From Longimicrobiales bacterium (lineage in GTDB: Bacteria > Gemmatimonadota > Gemmatimonadetes > Longimicrobiales > Gaopeijiaceae): a stretch of 64,000 nucleotides of DNA. Each line of letters begins with the position of its first letter. The stretch's first letter is position 1. The stretch is taken from assembly GCA_965249725.1 (NCBI GenBank), contig OZ252251.1:311209-375208 (forward strand), written 5' to 3'. The notes beneath the pieces were generated by a model, which was not told the DNA's origin, searched no databases, and saw only the letters and a program-made list of their open reading frames with translations. Of this stretch, positions 1 to 10,521 are shown one piece after another. The position numbers and the translations under genes were made by a program.

Positions 1-2592
1 CAGTACACGCCCTATCAGGCCGAGATTGCACAGGGGCGCCTCGAGGCACTGCTGAACTACCAGACCATGGTGATCGATCTCACCGGTCTGGAGATCGCCA
101 ACGCGTCCTTGCTCGATGAGAGCACGGCCGCCGCGGAGGCCATGGCCATGCTTTTCGGCGAGAGCCGCGACGAGAGGCGGACGCACTTCTTCGTTTCCGA
201 GGCGTGCCACCCACAGACGATCGCCGTTGTAAAGGGGCGTGCGGCGCCCTTGGGGATCGAGGTCGTCGTCGGGGCCCACGACAACTACGACCTGAAGTCC
301 TTCGGGGACCGACTCTTCGGCGGACTGGTGCAGTATCCCGCTACCGACGGGGCGATTCACGACTACCGCGCGTTCTGTGACGAGTTCCACGAGCATGGGG
401 CCGGCGTGATCATGGCAGCCGATCTCATGGCTCTCACCATGCTCACTCCCCCGGGCGAACTGGGGGCGGATATCGCGGTCGGGAATACGCAGCGCTTCGG
501 GGTGCCGATGGGGTACGGCGGTCCTCACGCTGCTTACCTGGCTGCCCAGGACCGCTTTAAGCGGAAGATGCCTGGCCGGATCATTGGCGTATCGGTGGAT
601 GCGGACGGCAATCTGGCGCTCCGGATGGCTCTTCAGACCCGCGAGCAGCACATCCGCCGTGAGAAGGCGACTTCGAACATCTGCACCGCCCAGGTGCTCC
701 TGGCCATCATGGCGGGCATGTACGCCGTCTATCACGGCCCCGAGGGGCTGAAGCGGATCGCGGGCCGAATCCATCATTTGGCTTCGACGCTTGCGCACGG
801 TCTCGCGGAGCTCGGACACAGCGTCGTGCACGAGCACTTCTTCGACACGCTTCAGGTGGTGCCCGCGGGTGTCTCAGGGGCGGAGATCATCGATCGTGCC
901 CGCGCACTCGGAATGAACCTCCGCGACTATGGAGACGGGACCGTCGGGATCGCGGTGGACGAGACGACGCTCCCGGAGGATATCGAGGACCTGTTCAACG
1001 TCTTCAGCGACGGTGGTCCGAAGGGTGGGGGCGTGAAGCTGACTGCCGACAAGATGTCCCAGGAGGCGACATCGCCGGTTCCCGCTGGCCTGTTGAGGAC
1101 CTCGCGCTTTCTCGAGCACCCGGTCTTCCACAGCTATCGCTCAGAAACCGAAATGCTCCGGTACATCCACAAGCTGGAGAGCCGCGATCTATCGTTGAAC
1201 ACGAGCATGATCTCGCTGGGCTCCTGCACCATGAAGCTCAACGCCACGACCCAGATGCTGCCGGTTACATGGAGGGCGTTCGGCGGTATGCACCCGTTCG
1301 CTCCGATCGATCAGACCCAGGGCTATCAGGAGCTTCTCAGGGACTTGGAGAACTGGCTCGCCGAAATCTCCGGCTTCGCCGCCACCTCACTCCAACCCAA
1401 TTCCGGGGCTTCGGGTGAGTACGCAGGCCTCCTTGTAATTAGAGCCCTTCATGAGAGCAAAGGTGAAGGACACCGGGACGTGTGCCTCATTCCCTCCTCG
1501 GCCCACGGGACGAACCCTGCCAGCGCCGTCATGGCGGGGATGCGGGTGGTGGTGGTGAAGTGCGACGAAATGGGCAACGTCGACCTCGCCGACCTCGAGG
1601 CTCAGGCGGATGCACACGCCGCCGATCTGGCGGCCATCATGATCACCTATCCGTCCACCCATGGCGTCTTCGAATCCGAGATCCGGAGGATCTGCGACAT
1701 CGTCCACGGTCGGGGCGGGCGGGTCTATCTGGACGGCGCGAACCTCAACGCTCAGGTCGGCCTGTGTCGTCCCGGTGACTATGGTGCCGACGTCTGCCAC
1801 ATCAATCTCCACAAGACGTTCTCCATCCCTCACGGGGGTGGCGGGCCCGGTGTCGGACCGATCTGTGTGACGTCCGAGTTGGCGCCGTTCCTTCCGGGGC
1901 ATCCGGTAATCGAGACCGGTGGGTCCGATGCGATCTTGCCGGTCGCGGGTGCGCCGTGGGGTAGTGGTGGGATCATGTTGATTTCGTGGTCCTATATCGC
2001 GCTCCTCGGAAAGCAGGGGGTTCGGCGAGCCACCGAGGTGGCGATCCTGAACGCCAACTACATGGCGAATCGGCTGCAGGATGAATTCGAGGTGCTGTAC
2101 CGCGGAGAAAACGGTCGTGTCGCCCACGAATTCATCTTGGACCTGCGTCCGCTGAAGAAGGCCAGCGGAATCTCGGACGAGGACATTGCGAAGCGTCTGA
2201 TGGACTACGGCTTCCACGCGCCCACGATGTCCTTCCCCGTGGCGGGAACGATCATGGTCGAACCGACCGAGAGTGAGTCCAAGTCGGAGCTCGATCGGCT
2301 CTGTGACGCCCTCTTCTCCATTCGTGCGGAGATCCACGAGGTGGAGTCCGGTGCGGTCGATCCGGAGGACAACCCACTAAAGAATGCACCACACACGGCC
2401 GCGATGCTCACAGCGTCGGCCTGGGAGCATCCGTATTCGCGTGAGAAGGCCGCGTATCCCGCTCCTTGGACGCGGGACTACAAGTTCTGGCCTCCCGTCC
2501 GCAGGGTGAACAACGCCCACGGTGATCGACACCTGGTTTGCGCCTGCCCACCCATCGAGGCCTATGCTGAGGTAGCCGCCGGGACTGACTGA
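1..2592 (+). CDS. gcvP: Glycine dehydrogenase (decarboxylating), single-chain P protein of the glycine cleavage system; N-terminus lies upstream of the window
   Basis: Frame is open from nt 1 ([24 protein letters not shown] precedes the first Met at 67). GcvP hallmarks [13 protein letters not shown] and PLP-lysine region [19 protein letters not shown]. Stop at 2590-2592. Confidence 0.95.
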   Translation, partial: QYTPYQAEIAQGRLEALLNYQTMVIDLTGLEIANASLLDESTAAAEAMAMLFGESRDERRTHFFVSEACHPQTIAVVKGRAAPLGIEVVVGAHDNYDLKSFGDRLFGGLVQYPATDGAIHDYRAFCDEFHEHGAGVIMAADLMALTMLTPPGELGADIAVGNTQRFGVPMGYGGPHAAYLAAQDRFKRKMPGRIIGVSVDADGNLALRMALQTREQHIRREKATSNICTAQVLLAIMAGMYAVYHGPEGLKRIAGRIHHLASTLAHGLAELGHSVVHEHFFDTLQVVPAGVSGAEIIDRARALGMNLRDYGDGTVGIAVDETTLPEDIEDLFNVFSDGGPKGGGVKLTADKMSQEATSPVPAGLLRTSRFLEHPVFHSYRSETEMLRYIHKLESRDLSLNTSMISLGSCTMKLNATTQMLPVTWRAFGGMHPFAPIDQTQGYQELLRDLENWLAEISGFAATSLQPNSGASGEYAGLLVIRALHESKGEGHRDVCLIPSSAHGTNPASAVMAGMRVVVVKCDEMGNVDLADLEAQADAHAADLAAIMITYPSTHGVFESEIRRICDIVHGRGGRVYLDGANLNAQVGLCRPGDYGADVCHINLHKTFSIPHGGGGPGVGPICVTSELAPFLPGHPVIETGGSDAILPVAGAPWGSGGIMLISWSYIALLGKQGVRRATEVAILNANYMANRLQDEFEVLYRGENGRVAHEFILDLRPLKKASGISDEDIAKRLMDYGFHAPTMSFPVAGTIMVEPTESESKSELDRLCDALFSIRAEIHEVESGAVDPEDNPLKNAPHTAAMLTASAWEHPYSREKAAYPAPWTRDYKFWPPVRRVNNAHGDRHLVCACPPIEAYAEVAAGTD

Positions 2593-2622
2593 GGACTCTC
2601 GACGACAGCGGAGGATCCGAAG

Positions 2623-3312
2623 ATGGCGAAACTCGATTATCACGGAAACTCGACGTTCACTCTAACGATCGATGACGGAACCCGTATCGTCATCGACCCG
2701 TTCTTCAACGACAACCCCTGGACGGAAATACACGCCGCAGACGTCGAGGCTGACTTCATCTTCTGTACGCACGGACATCCAGATCACTTTTCGGATGCCA
2801 TTGCCGTAGCTCGATCCACGGGCGCCATGCTGGTGGGGACCTTCGAAGTGGTGAGCTACGTGGAGAGCCGGGGTTACGAGAACGTCCACCCCATGTCCAT
2901 CGGTGGAGGCTGGAATTTCCCCTTTGGCCGGGTGAAGATGACCATCGCGCATCACGGCGGGATGGTAGTCGGCGAGAGGGCGGAGGGCTTCACCACCACG
3001 CCGGCGGGCTTTCTCTTCGATCTGGGGCCGGGCAAGCGCCTCTACCACGCGGGTGACACGGCCCTGACGTTGGATCTGCAGCTCCTCAAGGGCAAGGTCG
3101 ACGTGGCGCTCCTTCCCATCGGCGACAACTTCACGATGGGGCCGGAGGACGCGGTGACCGCCATCGAGTTCATCGAACCGTCCGTCGTGATCCCGATCCA
3201 CTACAACACCTGGCCCTGCATTGATCAGAGCGCCGAAGACTTCCGTGCTCTGGTGGGCGATCGAGCCACTGTCGAGATCGTCGAGCCGGGTCGGGGCTCG
3301 TACGAGTTCTGA
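2623..3312 (+). CDS. UPF0173-type metal-dependent hydrolase (metallo-beta-lactamase fold)
   Basis: 229 aa. HxHxDH metal motif in FIFCTHGHPDHFSDA; N-terminus MAKLDYHGNSTFTL typical of the UPF0173 family. Confidence 0.8.
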   Translation: MAKLDYHGNSTFTLTIDDGTRIVIDPFFNDNPWTEIHAADVEADFIFCTHGHPDHFSDAIAVARSTGAMLVGTFEVVSYVESRGYENVHPMSIGGGWNFPFGRVKMTIAHHGGMVVGERAEGFTTTPAGFLFDLGPGKRLYHAGDTALTLDLQLLKGKVDVALLPIGDNFTMGPEDAVTAIEFIEPSVVIPIHYNTWPCIDQSAEDFRALVGDRATVEIVEPGRGSYEF

Positions 3313-3389
3313 TCCAAGCGAGGGCGAGGAGCACCCCCGATACGGGTGCCCTGCGCTGGCGGGTCCTGGAGGACGAGCCCGCGTCGGGG

Positions 3390-4115
3390 GTGGTCAACAT
3401 GGCGGTCGATCACGCGCTGGCTACGTGCCTCGGTTCCGGCGAGGGAGTGCTCCGCCTGTATCGGTGGACAAGCCCGACGGCCTCGTTCGGAAGGAACGAG
3501 CCCTCGAAGGATCGCTACGACCTCCAGGCCGCCAAGAACGCGGGCATCGAGTTCGTGCGTAGACCGACCGGCGGGCGCGCGGTCCTCCATGACAGAGAGC
3601 TCACGTACGCGGTTGTCATGCCGATCACCACGGGAATGAGCCTACGGGGCGCATACAGACTGGTGAACGAGGGCCTGGTGCGCGCTCTTTGCTCTCTCGG
3701 TGTGCCCGCGTCGATGGCTGCGGCCGGGGAGCGTGCCCTGTCGCCAGCGGCGGGGCCTTGCTTCAGGCGGCCGACGGAGGGTGAGGTGATCGTGAACGGC
3801 AGGAAACTCGTGGGGAGCGCCCAGGCTCGCCTCGCGGGTGCGATGCTGCAGCACGGCTCGCTCCTGGTGGGGTCCGGGCAGGAGCGACTGGCCGCCCTGC
3901 GGGGCGAGATCGAAGAGGCCTCCCAACCCACGTGCCTGGATGAAATCCTGGACGTGGTGCCTTCCTGGGACGTTCTTGTAGGGACGGTGGTGGCAGGATT
4001 GAGCGACGTATTGAGCGGAGAGTGGCATCACGAAGGGCTCAGGGACGCCGAGCGAGCGGAAGCCCGGCTCCTAGAGACCCACTATGCTTCCGCCGGGTGG
4101 ACGTGGCGTACGTAG
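3390..4115 (+). CDS. Lipoate-protein ligase / octanoyltransferase family protein (BPL_LplA_LipB catalytic domain)
   Basis: GTG start. LRLYRWTSPTASFGRNE and VNGRKLVGSAQ (conserved catalytic Lys context). Sits two genes downstream of gcvP. Confidence 0.75.
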   Translation: MVNMAVDHALATCLGSGEGVLRLYRWTSPTASFGRNEPSKDRYDLQAAKNAGIEFVRRPTGGRAVLHDRELTYAVVMPITTGMSLRGAYRLVNEGLVRALCSLGVPASMAAAGERALSPAAGPCFRRPTEGEVIVNGRKLVGSAQARLAGAMLQHGSLLVGSGQERLAALRGEIEEASQPTCLDEILDVVPSWDVLVGTVVAGLSDVLSGEWHHEGLRDAERAEARLLETHYASAGWTWRT

Positions 4116-4168
4116 CGGACGCGAAGCCTACGGGTTCCGCATGCAGCGCCGGAGCGGAGAGAGCTGAC

Positions 4169-5940
4169 ATGAGACAGTCGAGGTGGACGGTCCTGGCCGT
4201 GGCGCTCGTGGTTTCGGGAGCGTGTGGAGGTGGGGAGGCGGGTCCCAGTGGAGAAGTCGTGCCGTGGAGTCTCGATGGGGGCGTAGTAGACATCGGCGAT
4301 GGTATCCCCTTCTGTGAGGCCGCGATGGCACGTGTCGCGGAGTACATGGGGCAGTTCGAGGGGCAGGTGCCTGCGGATGAGCGGTACGGGGGCACGGCGG
4401 CGGTGGCGGCGATCGGTCCCATCCCCGGTGGCGTGAATGCCCATGTCTCCGCCGATCAGGGGGGCAATGAGCATCAGACGTTCATCAACCTGATGACGCT
4501 GATCAAGTACGATACCGAGCTCAATGCCGTTCCGTACTTGGCCCAGTCGTGGGAGGTTTCAGACGACAACACGCAACTCACGTTTCACCTCCGGAACGAT
4601 GTGTATTGGCACGACGGCGAGCTCACTGACGCGTACGACGTGGCCTACACGTACCAGCGGGCGATCGACCCGGAGACCGGATTCCCTCAGCCCGCCTTCT
4701 GGGCACACTACGATCAAGATCCCGGAGGCGTGGAGGTCGTGGACTCCTTCACGGTCAGGTTTCGCATGCGGCCGCACGCCGAGTTTCTCGACCCCTGGCG
4801 TGAGTTTCCCATCATGCCGCAGCACCTGCTGGAGGGTGTGCCGTCCGCGGAGTTGCGGCAGCACTCCTACGGGGACGTATGCCCAGTCGGCAACGGTCCT
4901 TTCGTCTTCATACAGCACCAGCAGGGAGCCAACTGGACCTTCCAGGCTAATCCGGCCTTTCCGGCAGGGTTGGGCGGCCGTCCCTTCCTCGATCGATACA
5001 TCTATCAAATCATCGTCGAACCGACCACGATTCTCACCGCTCTGCTCACAGAGAATATCGACGTATACATCGCGCCGACGCCGGACCAGGTGCAGACCAT
5101 CCTCGACTCCGACGACTTGGACTTGAGGGTTTACCCCTACCGGCAGATCAATTTCGTCACGTGGAATGCCCGCCGGCCCCAGTTGTCCGACAAGCGCGTC
5201 CGCCAGGCCATCACCAAGGGCACGGACCGCCGGCAGATCGTGGAGGCGTTGTTCGGCACCTATGCCCGCGTGCCGAACACGACCCTACCCTCTTCTCACT
5301 GGGCGTACGACGCCTCGATCGGGGCCGAGACGATGGCGTACGACCCGGAAGCCGCGAGCGCTTGCTGGCCGAAGCCGGATGGATAGACCGGGACGGGGAC
5401 GGGGTGCGGGAGAATGCGCAGGGTCTCCGCCTCTCGATCGAGCTCATATACAGTCAGAACGCCCTTCGGCAGCAGGTCGTGGAGATCATGCAGGCACAGC
5501 TCTCCGAGATCGGAATCGAGGCTCAGCCGACCGTTTTGGCGTATTCGGCTCTTCTCGACCGCATCTTCGACACCGAAGCGCGGGACTTCGACGGGATAAT
5601 GATCGCGTTCACCATGAGCTTCAAGGCAGATGACACCGACTTCTTCCACAGCGACAATATCGATAACGCCTTCGGCTTTTCCGGGACGCAGCGCGCCGAC
5701 ATGGACGCTCTACTCGAGCGGCTTCCGCTGATCGTTGATCGCGAGGAGGCCAAGCCTGTCTGGAAGGAGTACCAGGAGCTCCTGGTTGACGAGCAGCCTT
5801 GGATGTTCGCCTATGACGCCAATCGTTTCGATGGAGTGAACAAGCGTCTACAGGGTGTCGTCATGGACGCTCGGGGCGAGTGGCAGAACGTCAAGGACTG
5901 GTGGATCCCTGCCGATCAGCGAAAGGGCCCCGGACGCTAG
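4169..5940 (+). pseudogene. Family-5 (DppA/OppA/NikA-type) ABC substrate-binding protein, disrupted by a 1-nt frameshift
   Basis: ORFs 4022-5386 and 5161-5940 carry the N- and C-terminal halves of one SBP. Frame A reads ETMAYDPEAASACWPKPDG-stop; frame B reads RERLLAEAGWIDRDGDGVRE. The conserved YDPE..A..LLAEAGW block is therefore split near 5351-5358. Likely start is ATG 4169 (MRQSRWTVLAVALVVSGAC, signal/lipobox-like). Confidence 0.75.
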
Positions 5941-6166
5941 AAGGCTGTTGAAGAAGTACAGCGGGTCGCGCACAGGGTGCAACCACCCTGTGCCCAACAG
6001 ACGAGTTGATATGAGCTTACGTGTTCGTGGGTTGCGGTGGCACGACCCCATCTCCGTTGTTGGAGCTCCTAACCGTAGCTATGGCTATGGCGTCGTCGCT
6101 CCGCCTAGGATCTGGGGTCGTGGCATCCGCAACGCGGCCCACTGTACTTCTTCAACAGCCTTCTAG
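5937..6166. mobile_element. 230-bp MITE-like palindromic element with perfect 25-bp terminal inverted repeats (including flanking CTAG)
   Basis: CTAGAAGGCTGTTGAAGAAGTACAG (5937-5961) is the exact reverse complement of 6142-6166. Pairing continues imperfectly inward. Internal perfect 9-bp hairpin CACAGGGTG-caac-CACCCTGTG and a second ~20-bp imperfect stem (about 6033-6133). No ORF of its own. Removing 5941-6166 leaves a 42-nt spacer between the SBP stop and the permease start. Confidence 0.5.
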
Positions 6167-6208
6167 TGCCCCCTCGACAGAGGTCGCGTTGACCCGGGAG
6201 TCCGCGGT

Positions 6209-7198
6209 GTGACCCGGTACGTTGCGCGGAGAGTCCTCGCGGCGATTCCGCTGGTCCTCGGGGTCGCCACGATCGTGTTCTTCGTCGTCAACCTGGCGCC
6301 TGGAGATCCGGCGCTCAGGTACATCAACCCGAGGCTCTCCTCCGACGCCATAGACCAGATCCGGGCGAGTATGGGCCTCGACCAGCCGGTCCTTGTCCGG
6401 TACGGGAAGTGGATGGTGGCCCTGGCCAAGGGGGATCTGGGATACTCTCTCACGCAGAATCGACCAGTCCTCGACATAGTCCGAGACCTTCTGCCGAATA
6501 CGCTGCTACTGTCGGTGACCGCCGTGGGGATCGCCTTCGTCGTTGGAGTTCTTCTCGGGGTCGTTCAGGCCGTGCGCCAGTACTCCATCCTGGACTCCGT
6601 GTCTTCGGTGCTAGCCCTCTTCTTCTACTCTATGCCGTCTTTCTGGTTGGCACTGATGATGATCCTCACCTTCGCCCTCTTCGCGCGGAACGTGTGGGAG
6701 TGGCCCATCTGGTTTCCGCCGTCTGGTATGATCGACCAGGCCCGGTACCCCTTCATGTCCTCACTCGAGAAGGTGCAGGACAGGATCATGCACCTGGTAT
6801 TGCCGGCCACATCGCTGGCCCTCGTACTCGCCGCCGGGATCGCGCGCTTCACTCGAGGCAGTATGCTGGAGGTGATCCGACAGGATTATGTTCGCACGGC
6901 CCGCGCGAAGGGGCTTCCCGAGTGGGTGGTGGTCATGAAACACGCCTTGCGCAACGGGCTCATTCCGGTCGTTACCCTCCTCGGGCTTTACCTTCCGTTC
7001 CTTTTTAGTGGAGCCGTGTTCATCGAGTCGGTATTCGCGTGGCCGGGAATGGGTAAGTTGCTCGTGGATGGCGTCGTCGAGGGGGACTATCCGGTGGTCA
7101 TGGGAACGAGCCTGATCTTCGCGACCATGGTCGTTATCGGTAATCTGATCGCCGATCTACTCTATGCCGTGGTTGATCCACGGATCCGGTATGACTGA
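6209..7198 (+). CDS. Peptide/nickel ABC transporter permease (DppB/OppB-like)
   Basis: GTG start, 329 aa. N-terminal MTRYVARRVLAAIPLVLGVATIVFFVVNLAPGDP and EAA-loop region YVRTARAKGLPEWVVVMKHALRN. Confidence 0.9.
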   Translation: MTRYVARRVLAAIPLVLGVATIVFFVVNLAPGDPALRYINPRLSSDAIDQIRASMGLDQPVLVRYGKWMVALAKGDLGYSLTQNRPVLDIVRDLLPNTLLLSVTAVGIAFVVGVLLGVVQAVRQYSILDSVSSVLALFFYSMPSFWLALMMILTFALFARNVWEWPIWFPPSGMIDQARYPFMSSLEKVQDRIMHLVLPATSLALVLAAGIARFTRGSMLEVIRQDYVRTARAKGLPEWVVVMKHALRNGLIPVVTLLGLYLPFLFSGAVFIESVFAWPGMGKLLVDGVVEGDYPVVMGTSLIFATMVVIGNLIADLLYAVVDPRIRYD

Positions 7199-8342
7199 CC
7201 ACACGCTGGATGGGCCGAGCCGGAAACCTCGTGGAGGAGCACGCCTCTCGGCCGTTCTTCCGGGGCTACCCCAACTACTTGCTGGCCGGTGGGCGGTCGG
7301 AACGATGAGCTTGCTGGTCTGGGTCGGCTTCCTGAGCGTGCTCGCCACGCGCTGGAACCGTTTCCAGGAGGCCTGGTCAGGCCCGGCGGATCATCGACTC
7401 GCCGCCGTGATCCTGGTGGCCGGCCTCCTCTCCGCGTGGTCTTGGTCCATGAGGGACACGAAGCGCCCTGCGTTGGCGAGAGAAGGGGGGATTAGCCAGT
7501 GGGATCTGGCGGTAGAGGCCTTCAAGAGGAACCGGATCGCGGTGATCGGCTTGTTCGCCCTCGTGTGCTTCTACCTGATCGCATTGATCACCCCCTTGAT
7601 CTCGCCGCAAGACCCAACGGTCCAGAACTCGCTCACGACGCAGCGGATGCTTGCTCCGGGCGGTGGTTTTCCACTCGGCACAGACCGCTTGGCTCGGGAT
7701 GTGTTCTCACGGATCCTCTACGGCGCGCGCATCTCTCTGTCCATTGGCTTCGTGGCCGTGGGGATCAGTCTCACAATCGGGACCTTGTTGGGCGCGGTTT
7801 CAGGCTTGCTGGGGGGGGGGGTGGTGGACGGACTCATCATGCGCTTCGTGGATATGGTGATCTCGTTTCCGCAACTCGTGCTTCTTATCGCGATCATCGC
7901 CGTCTTCGAGCAGTCCTCCATCTTCACGATCGTCGCCGTCCTCGGCCTTACGCAGTGGCCCGGAACCACGCGGCTCGTGCGTGCGGAGGTGCTCAGCCTG
8001 AGGGAACGCGAGTTCGTTCAGGCGGCCCGGGCTCTGGGCCTGACTCGGATGAGAATCATACTCCGTCATGTGATCCCAAATACGATGGCTCCCGTGATTG
8101 TGGCGGCGACCTTGGGCATCGGAAACGTGATCGTGCTCGAAGCGGGGCTGTCCTTCTTGGGTATCGGAGTCCAGGCCCCGACACCGTCGTGGGGGTCGAT
8201 GGTGGCCGAGGGACAGGATTACCTGTTGAACGCCTGGTGGATCTCGACCTTCCCCGGCCTTGCCATCGTGTTGACGGTAGTGGCCTTCAATCTCGTTGGC
8301 GATGGTCTCAGAGACGCCCTCGATCCGAGGCTGCGCACATGA
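7191..8342 (+). CDS. Peptide/nickel ABC transporter permease (DppC/OppC-like) with ~105-aa N-terminal extension
   Basis: ATG 7191 overlaps the upstream stop (ATGACTGA). [26 protein letters not shown] loop. The canonical DppC start region [18 protein letters not shown] appears only after ~105 aa. Start uncertain (alternative ATG 7449). Confidence 0.85.
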   Translation: MTDHTLDGPSRKPRGGARLSAVLPGLPQLLAGRWAVGTMSLLVWVGFLSVLATRWNRFQEAWSGPADHRLAAVILVAGLLSAWSWSMRDTKRPALAREGGISQWDLAVEAFKRNRIAVIGLFALVCFYLIALITPLISPQDPTVQNSLTTQRMLAPGGGFPLGTDRLARDVFSRILYGARISLSIGFVAVGISLTIGTLLGAVSGLLGGGVVDGLIMRFVDMVISFPQLVLLIAIIAVFEQSSIFTIVAVLGLTQWPGTTRLVRAEVLSLREREFVQAARALGLTRMRIILRHVIPNTMAPVIVAATLGIGNVIVLEAGLSFLGIGVQAPTPSWGSMVAEGQDYLLNAWWISTFPGLAIVLTVVAFNLVGDGLRDALDPRLRT

Positions 8343-9379
8343 GTCGCCTCCTCGCCGTCAACGACCTCCGCACTTACTTCAACACCGACGCGGGTGTGGC
8401 TCGGGCGGTTGACGGCGTGTCCTTCCATGTAGAGGAGGGGGAGACGCTGGGCATCGTGGGCGAGTCCGGGTGCGGCAAGACCGTCACGTCCCTCTCGATC
8501 ATGGGACTGATTCCCGATCCGCCGGGTGAGATCCTGAACGGAAGCTCCATACGTTTCTGCGACGAGGAGTTGGTGGGCGCGTCTAATCGGCGCCTCAGGG
8601 AGATCCGAGGGAACGACATCGCCATGATCTTCCAGGAGCCCATGACCTCGTTGAACCCGGTCTTCACGGTGGGCAATCAAATCGCGGAGGCCCTGAGGCA
8701 GCACCGGGGTCTCAACAAGCGAGAGGCCCGGACGGAGAGCGTCAGACTGCTCGGCGAGGTCGGAATTCCCGGGCCCGATCAGCGCTTTGACGAGTACCCT
8801 CACCAGTTGTCGGGGGGCATGAGACAGAGGGTAATGATCGCGATGGCTCTGTCCTGCGAGCCCAAGCTCCTCATTGCCGACGAACCCACCACCGCTCTGG
8901 ACGTCACGATTCAGGCTCAGATCCTAGACCTACTCGCGGCGCTTCGACGAGCGCACGGGATGTCCATGCTGCTCATCACTCACGACCTCGGGGTCGTGGC
9001 CGAGGTGTGTGATCGCGTTGTAGTCATGTACGCGGGACAGGTGGTAGAATCCGGGTCGGTGGAGGAGATCTTCGAGAATCCGCGCCATCCCTACACCCAG
9101 GGTCTCCTGGCCTCCCTGCCGGAGTTGGGTGGCAAGGGACGCGAGCTCAACCCTATTCCGGGGGTGGTCCCCAGCCCGGTCGCCTGGCCGGAGGGATGCC
9201 GTTTCCGGGAGCGCTGTTCCTTCGCCTGGGAGCGCTGTCAGGGCGAGATGCCCGAGTTGCTGACCGTCGAAGGAGCTGCGGGGCGGGCCGCGCGGTGCTG
9301 GCTCGAGGAGGACTCCGGTTCTCCCGACTCGCCGCCGCCCGATTCGCTCGCCTCTGAGTCCGCCAGAGATCTCCCATGA
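8339..9379 (+). CDS. Peptide ABC transporter ATP-binding protein (DppD/OppD-like)
   Basis: ATGA overlap with the upstream stop. Walker [10 protein letters not shown], signature [15 protein letters not shown], Walker [13 protein letters not shown]. The ORF-track extension back to 7499 overlaps the permease in another frame and is not coding. Confidence 0.9.
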   Translation: MSRLLAVNDLRTYFNTDAGVARAVDGVSFHVEEGETLGIVGESGCGKTVTSLSIMGLIPDPPGEILNGSSIRFCDEELVGASNRRLREIRGNDIAMIFQEPMTSLNPVFTVGNQIAEALRQHRGLNKREARTESVRLLGEVGIPGPDQRFDEYPHQLSGGMRQRVMIAMALSCEPKLLIADEPTTALDVTIQAQILDLLAALRRAHGMSMLLITHDLGVVAEVCDRVVVMYAGQVVESGSVEEIFENPRHPYTQGLLASLPELGGKGRELNPIPGVVPSPVAWPEGCRFRERCSFAWERCQGEMPELLTVEGAAGRAARCWLEEDSGSPDSPPPDSLASESARDLP

Positions 9380-10398
9380 GTCCGGGCTCAGGGAGCGGCA
9401 GCGGGTCGCCCGGCGATGTCCTGGTCGACGTCCGGAATCTCGAGAAGCACTTCCCGGTTCACCGTGGTGTCTTGGGGCGCACGGTTGGACAGGTCAGGGC
9501 GGTGGACGGCGTGAGCTTCCAGATTCGCCGGGGTGAGACATTGGGGCTCGTCGGCGAGTCCGGCTGTGGAAAGTCGACTACCGGCCGTGCCATCCTCCGA
9601 CTCCTCGAGCCGACGTCCGGCCAAGTGCTGTTCGATGGCGAAGACGTCGGTGCCATGGACCGCGATCGGTTGCGGGGATTGCGTAGGAGGGCGCAGATCG
9701 TCTTCCAGGACCCCTTCAGCTCTTTGAACCCGCGCATGACCGTCGGCGCGATGCTCAAGGAGGTCCTCAAGGTCCACGACCTGGCTGAGAAGGGCTCGGC
9801 ACGACTGAGGCGCGTGGCCGAGTTGTTGGAGATCGTGGGATTGCGCGCCGAGGACGCCCACCGTTATCCGCATGAGTTCAGCGGAGGTCAGAGGCAGAGG
9901 ATCGGCATCGCGCGTGCCCTATCGGTGGAGCCCGACTTCATCGTGTGTGATGAGCCGGTATCGGCTCTGGACGTGTCGGTTCAGGCGCAGGTGATCAACC
10001 TGTTGAAGGATCTGCAGACGGGGTTCGGTCTCACCTACCTGTTCATCGCCCACGATCTGGCTGTGGTGGAGTACGTGAGCGATCGGGTGGCGGTGATGTA
10101 CCTGGGCAGGATCGTCGAGTCGGCCGTTGCGGAGGACCTGTATCGATCTCCTGAGCATCCCTACACGAGAGCTCTCCTCTCCTCCGTGCTGAGACCCGAT
10201 CCGAAAACCACTCGAGCGCGGGAGCGTATCATGCTCCCGGGAGACGTGCCGAGCCCCATGAATCCCCCAGCGGGATGTCCTTTTCATCCCCGTTGTCCGC
10301 ATCCGGGGAAGGACGAAATGTGCGGCCAGGTCGTTCCTCCGCTGGAGGAAAGAGCGTCGGGTCACTATGCGGCTTGTATCAAAGACGGAATGCCATAG
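9376..10398 (+). CDS. Peptide ABC transporter ATP-binding protein (DppF/OppF-like)
   Basis: ATGA overlap with the upstream stop. [37 protein letters not shown]-terminal oligopeptide-type domain with CPFHPRCP. Confidence 0.9.
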   Translation: MSPGSGSGSGSPGDVLVDVRNLEKHFPVHRGVLGRTVGQVRAVDGVSFQIRRGETLGLVGESGCGKSTTGRAILRLLEPTSGQVLFDGEDVGAMDRDRLRGLRRRAQIVFQDPFSSLNPRMTVGAMLKEVLKVHDLAEKGSARLRRVAELLEIVGLRAEDAHRYPHEFSGGQRQRIGIARALSVEPDFIVCDEPVSALDVSVQAQVINLLKDLQTGFGLTYLFIAHDLAVVEYVSDRVAVMYLGRIVESAVAEDLYRSPEHPYTRALLSSVLRPDPKTTRARERIMLPGDVPSPMNPPAGCPFHPRCPHPGKDEMCGQVVPPLEERASGHYAACIKDGMP

Positions 10399-10419
10399 GA
10401 GAGTCTTGGAGAATTAGGG

Positions 10420-10448
10420 TTGACAGGGTTGTCGGGCCGCTCCACAAT
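10420..10448 (+). promoter_or_regulatory. Candidate sigma-70-type promoter for the ExbB-like gene
   Basis: TTGACA (10420-10425), 17-nt spacer, CACAAT (10443-10448), in a locally AT-richer spacer after the ABC operon. Confidence 0.3.
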
Positions 10449-10521
10449 TCGACTCCTTGCAAAAATCAGGATGTCTTGGCCTCCCGCATTTTCGGCCGGG
10501 GCGTGTGGTGGAAAAAATCCT

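Noticed and set aside
4022-4168. Upstream 49 codons of the SBP ORF (start at 4022)
   Set aside because: This segment overlaps the end of the lipoate-ligase gene and is Arg/Ala-rich. ATG 4169 gives a proper signal peptide directly.
5340-5390. Programmed ribosomal frameshift as an explanation for the split SBP gene
   Set aside because: There is no slippery heptamer and no obvious downstream stimulatory structure at the shift site. A simple 1-nt indel within a conserved block is the more parsimonious explanation.
7499-8338. N-terminal 280 codons of the 626-aa ORF containing the DppD-like ATPase
   Set aside because: This part overlaps the DppC-like permease in a different frame. The ATPase begins at ATG 8339 with an ATGA overlap and a normal [15 protein letters not shown]-terminus.
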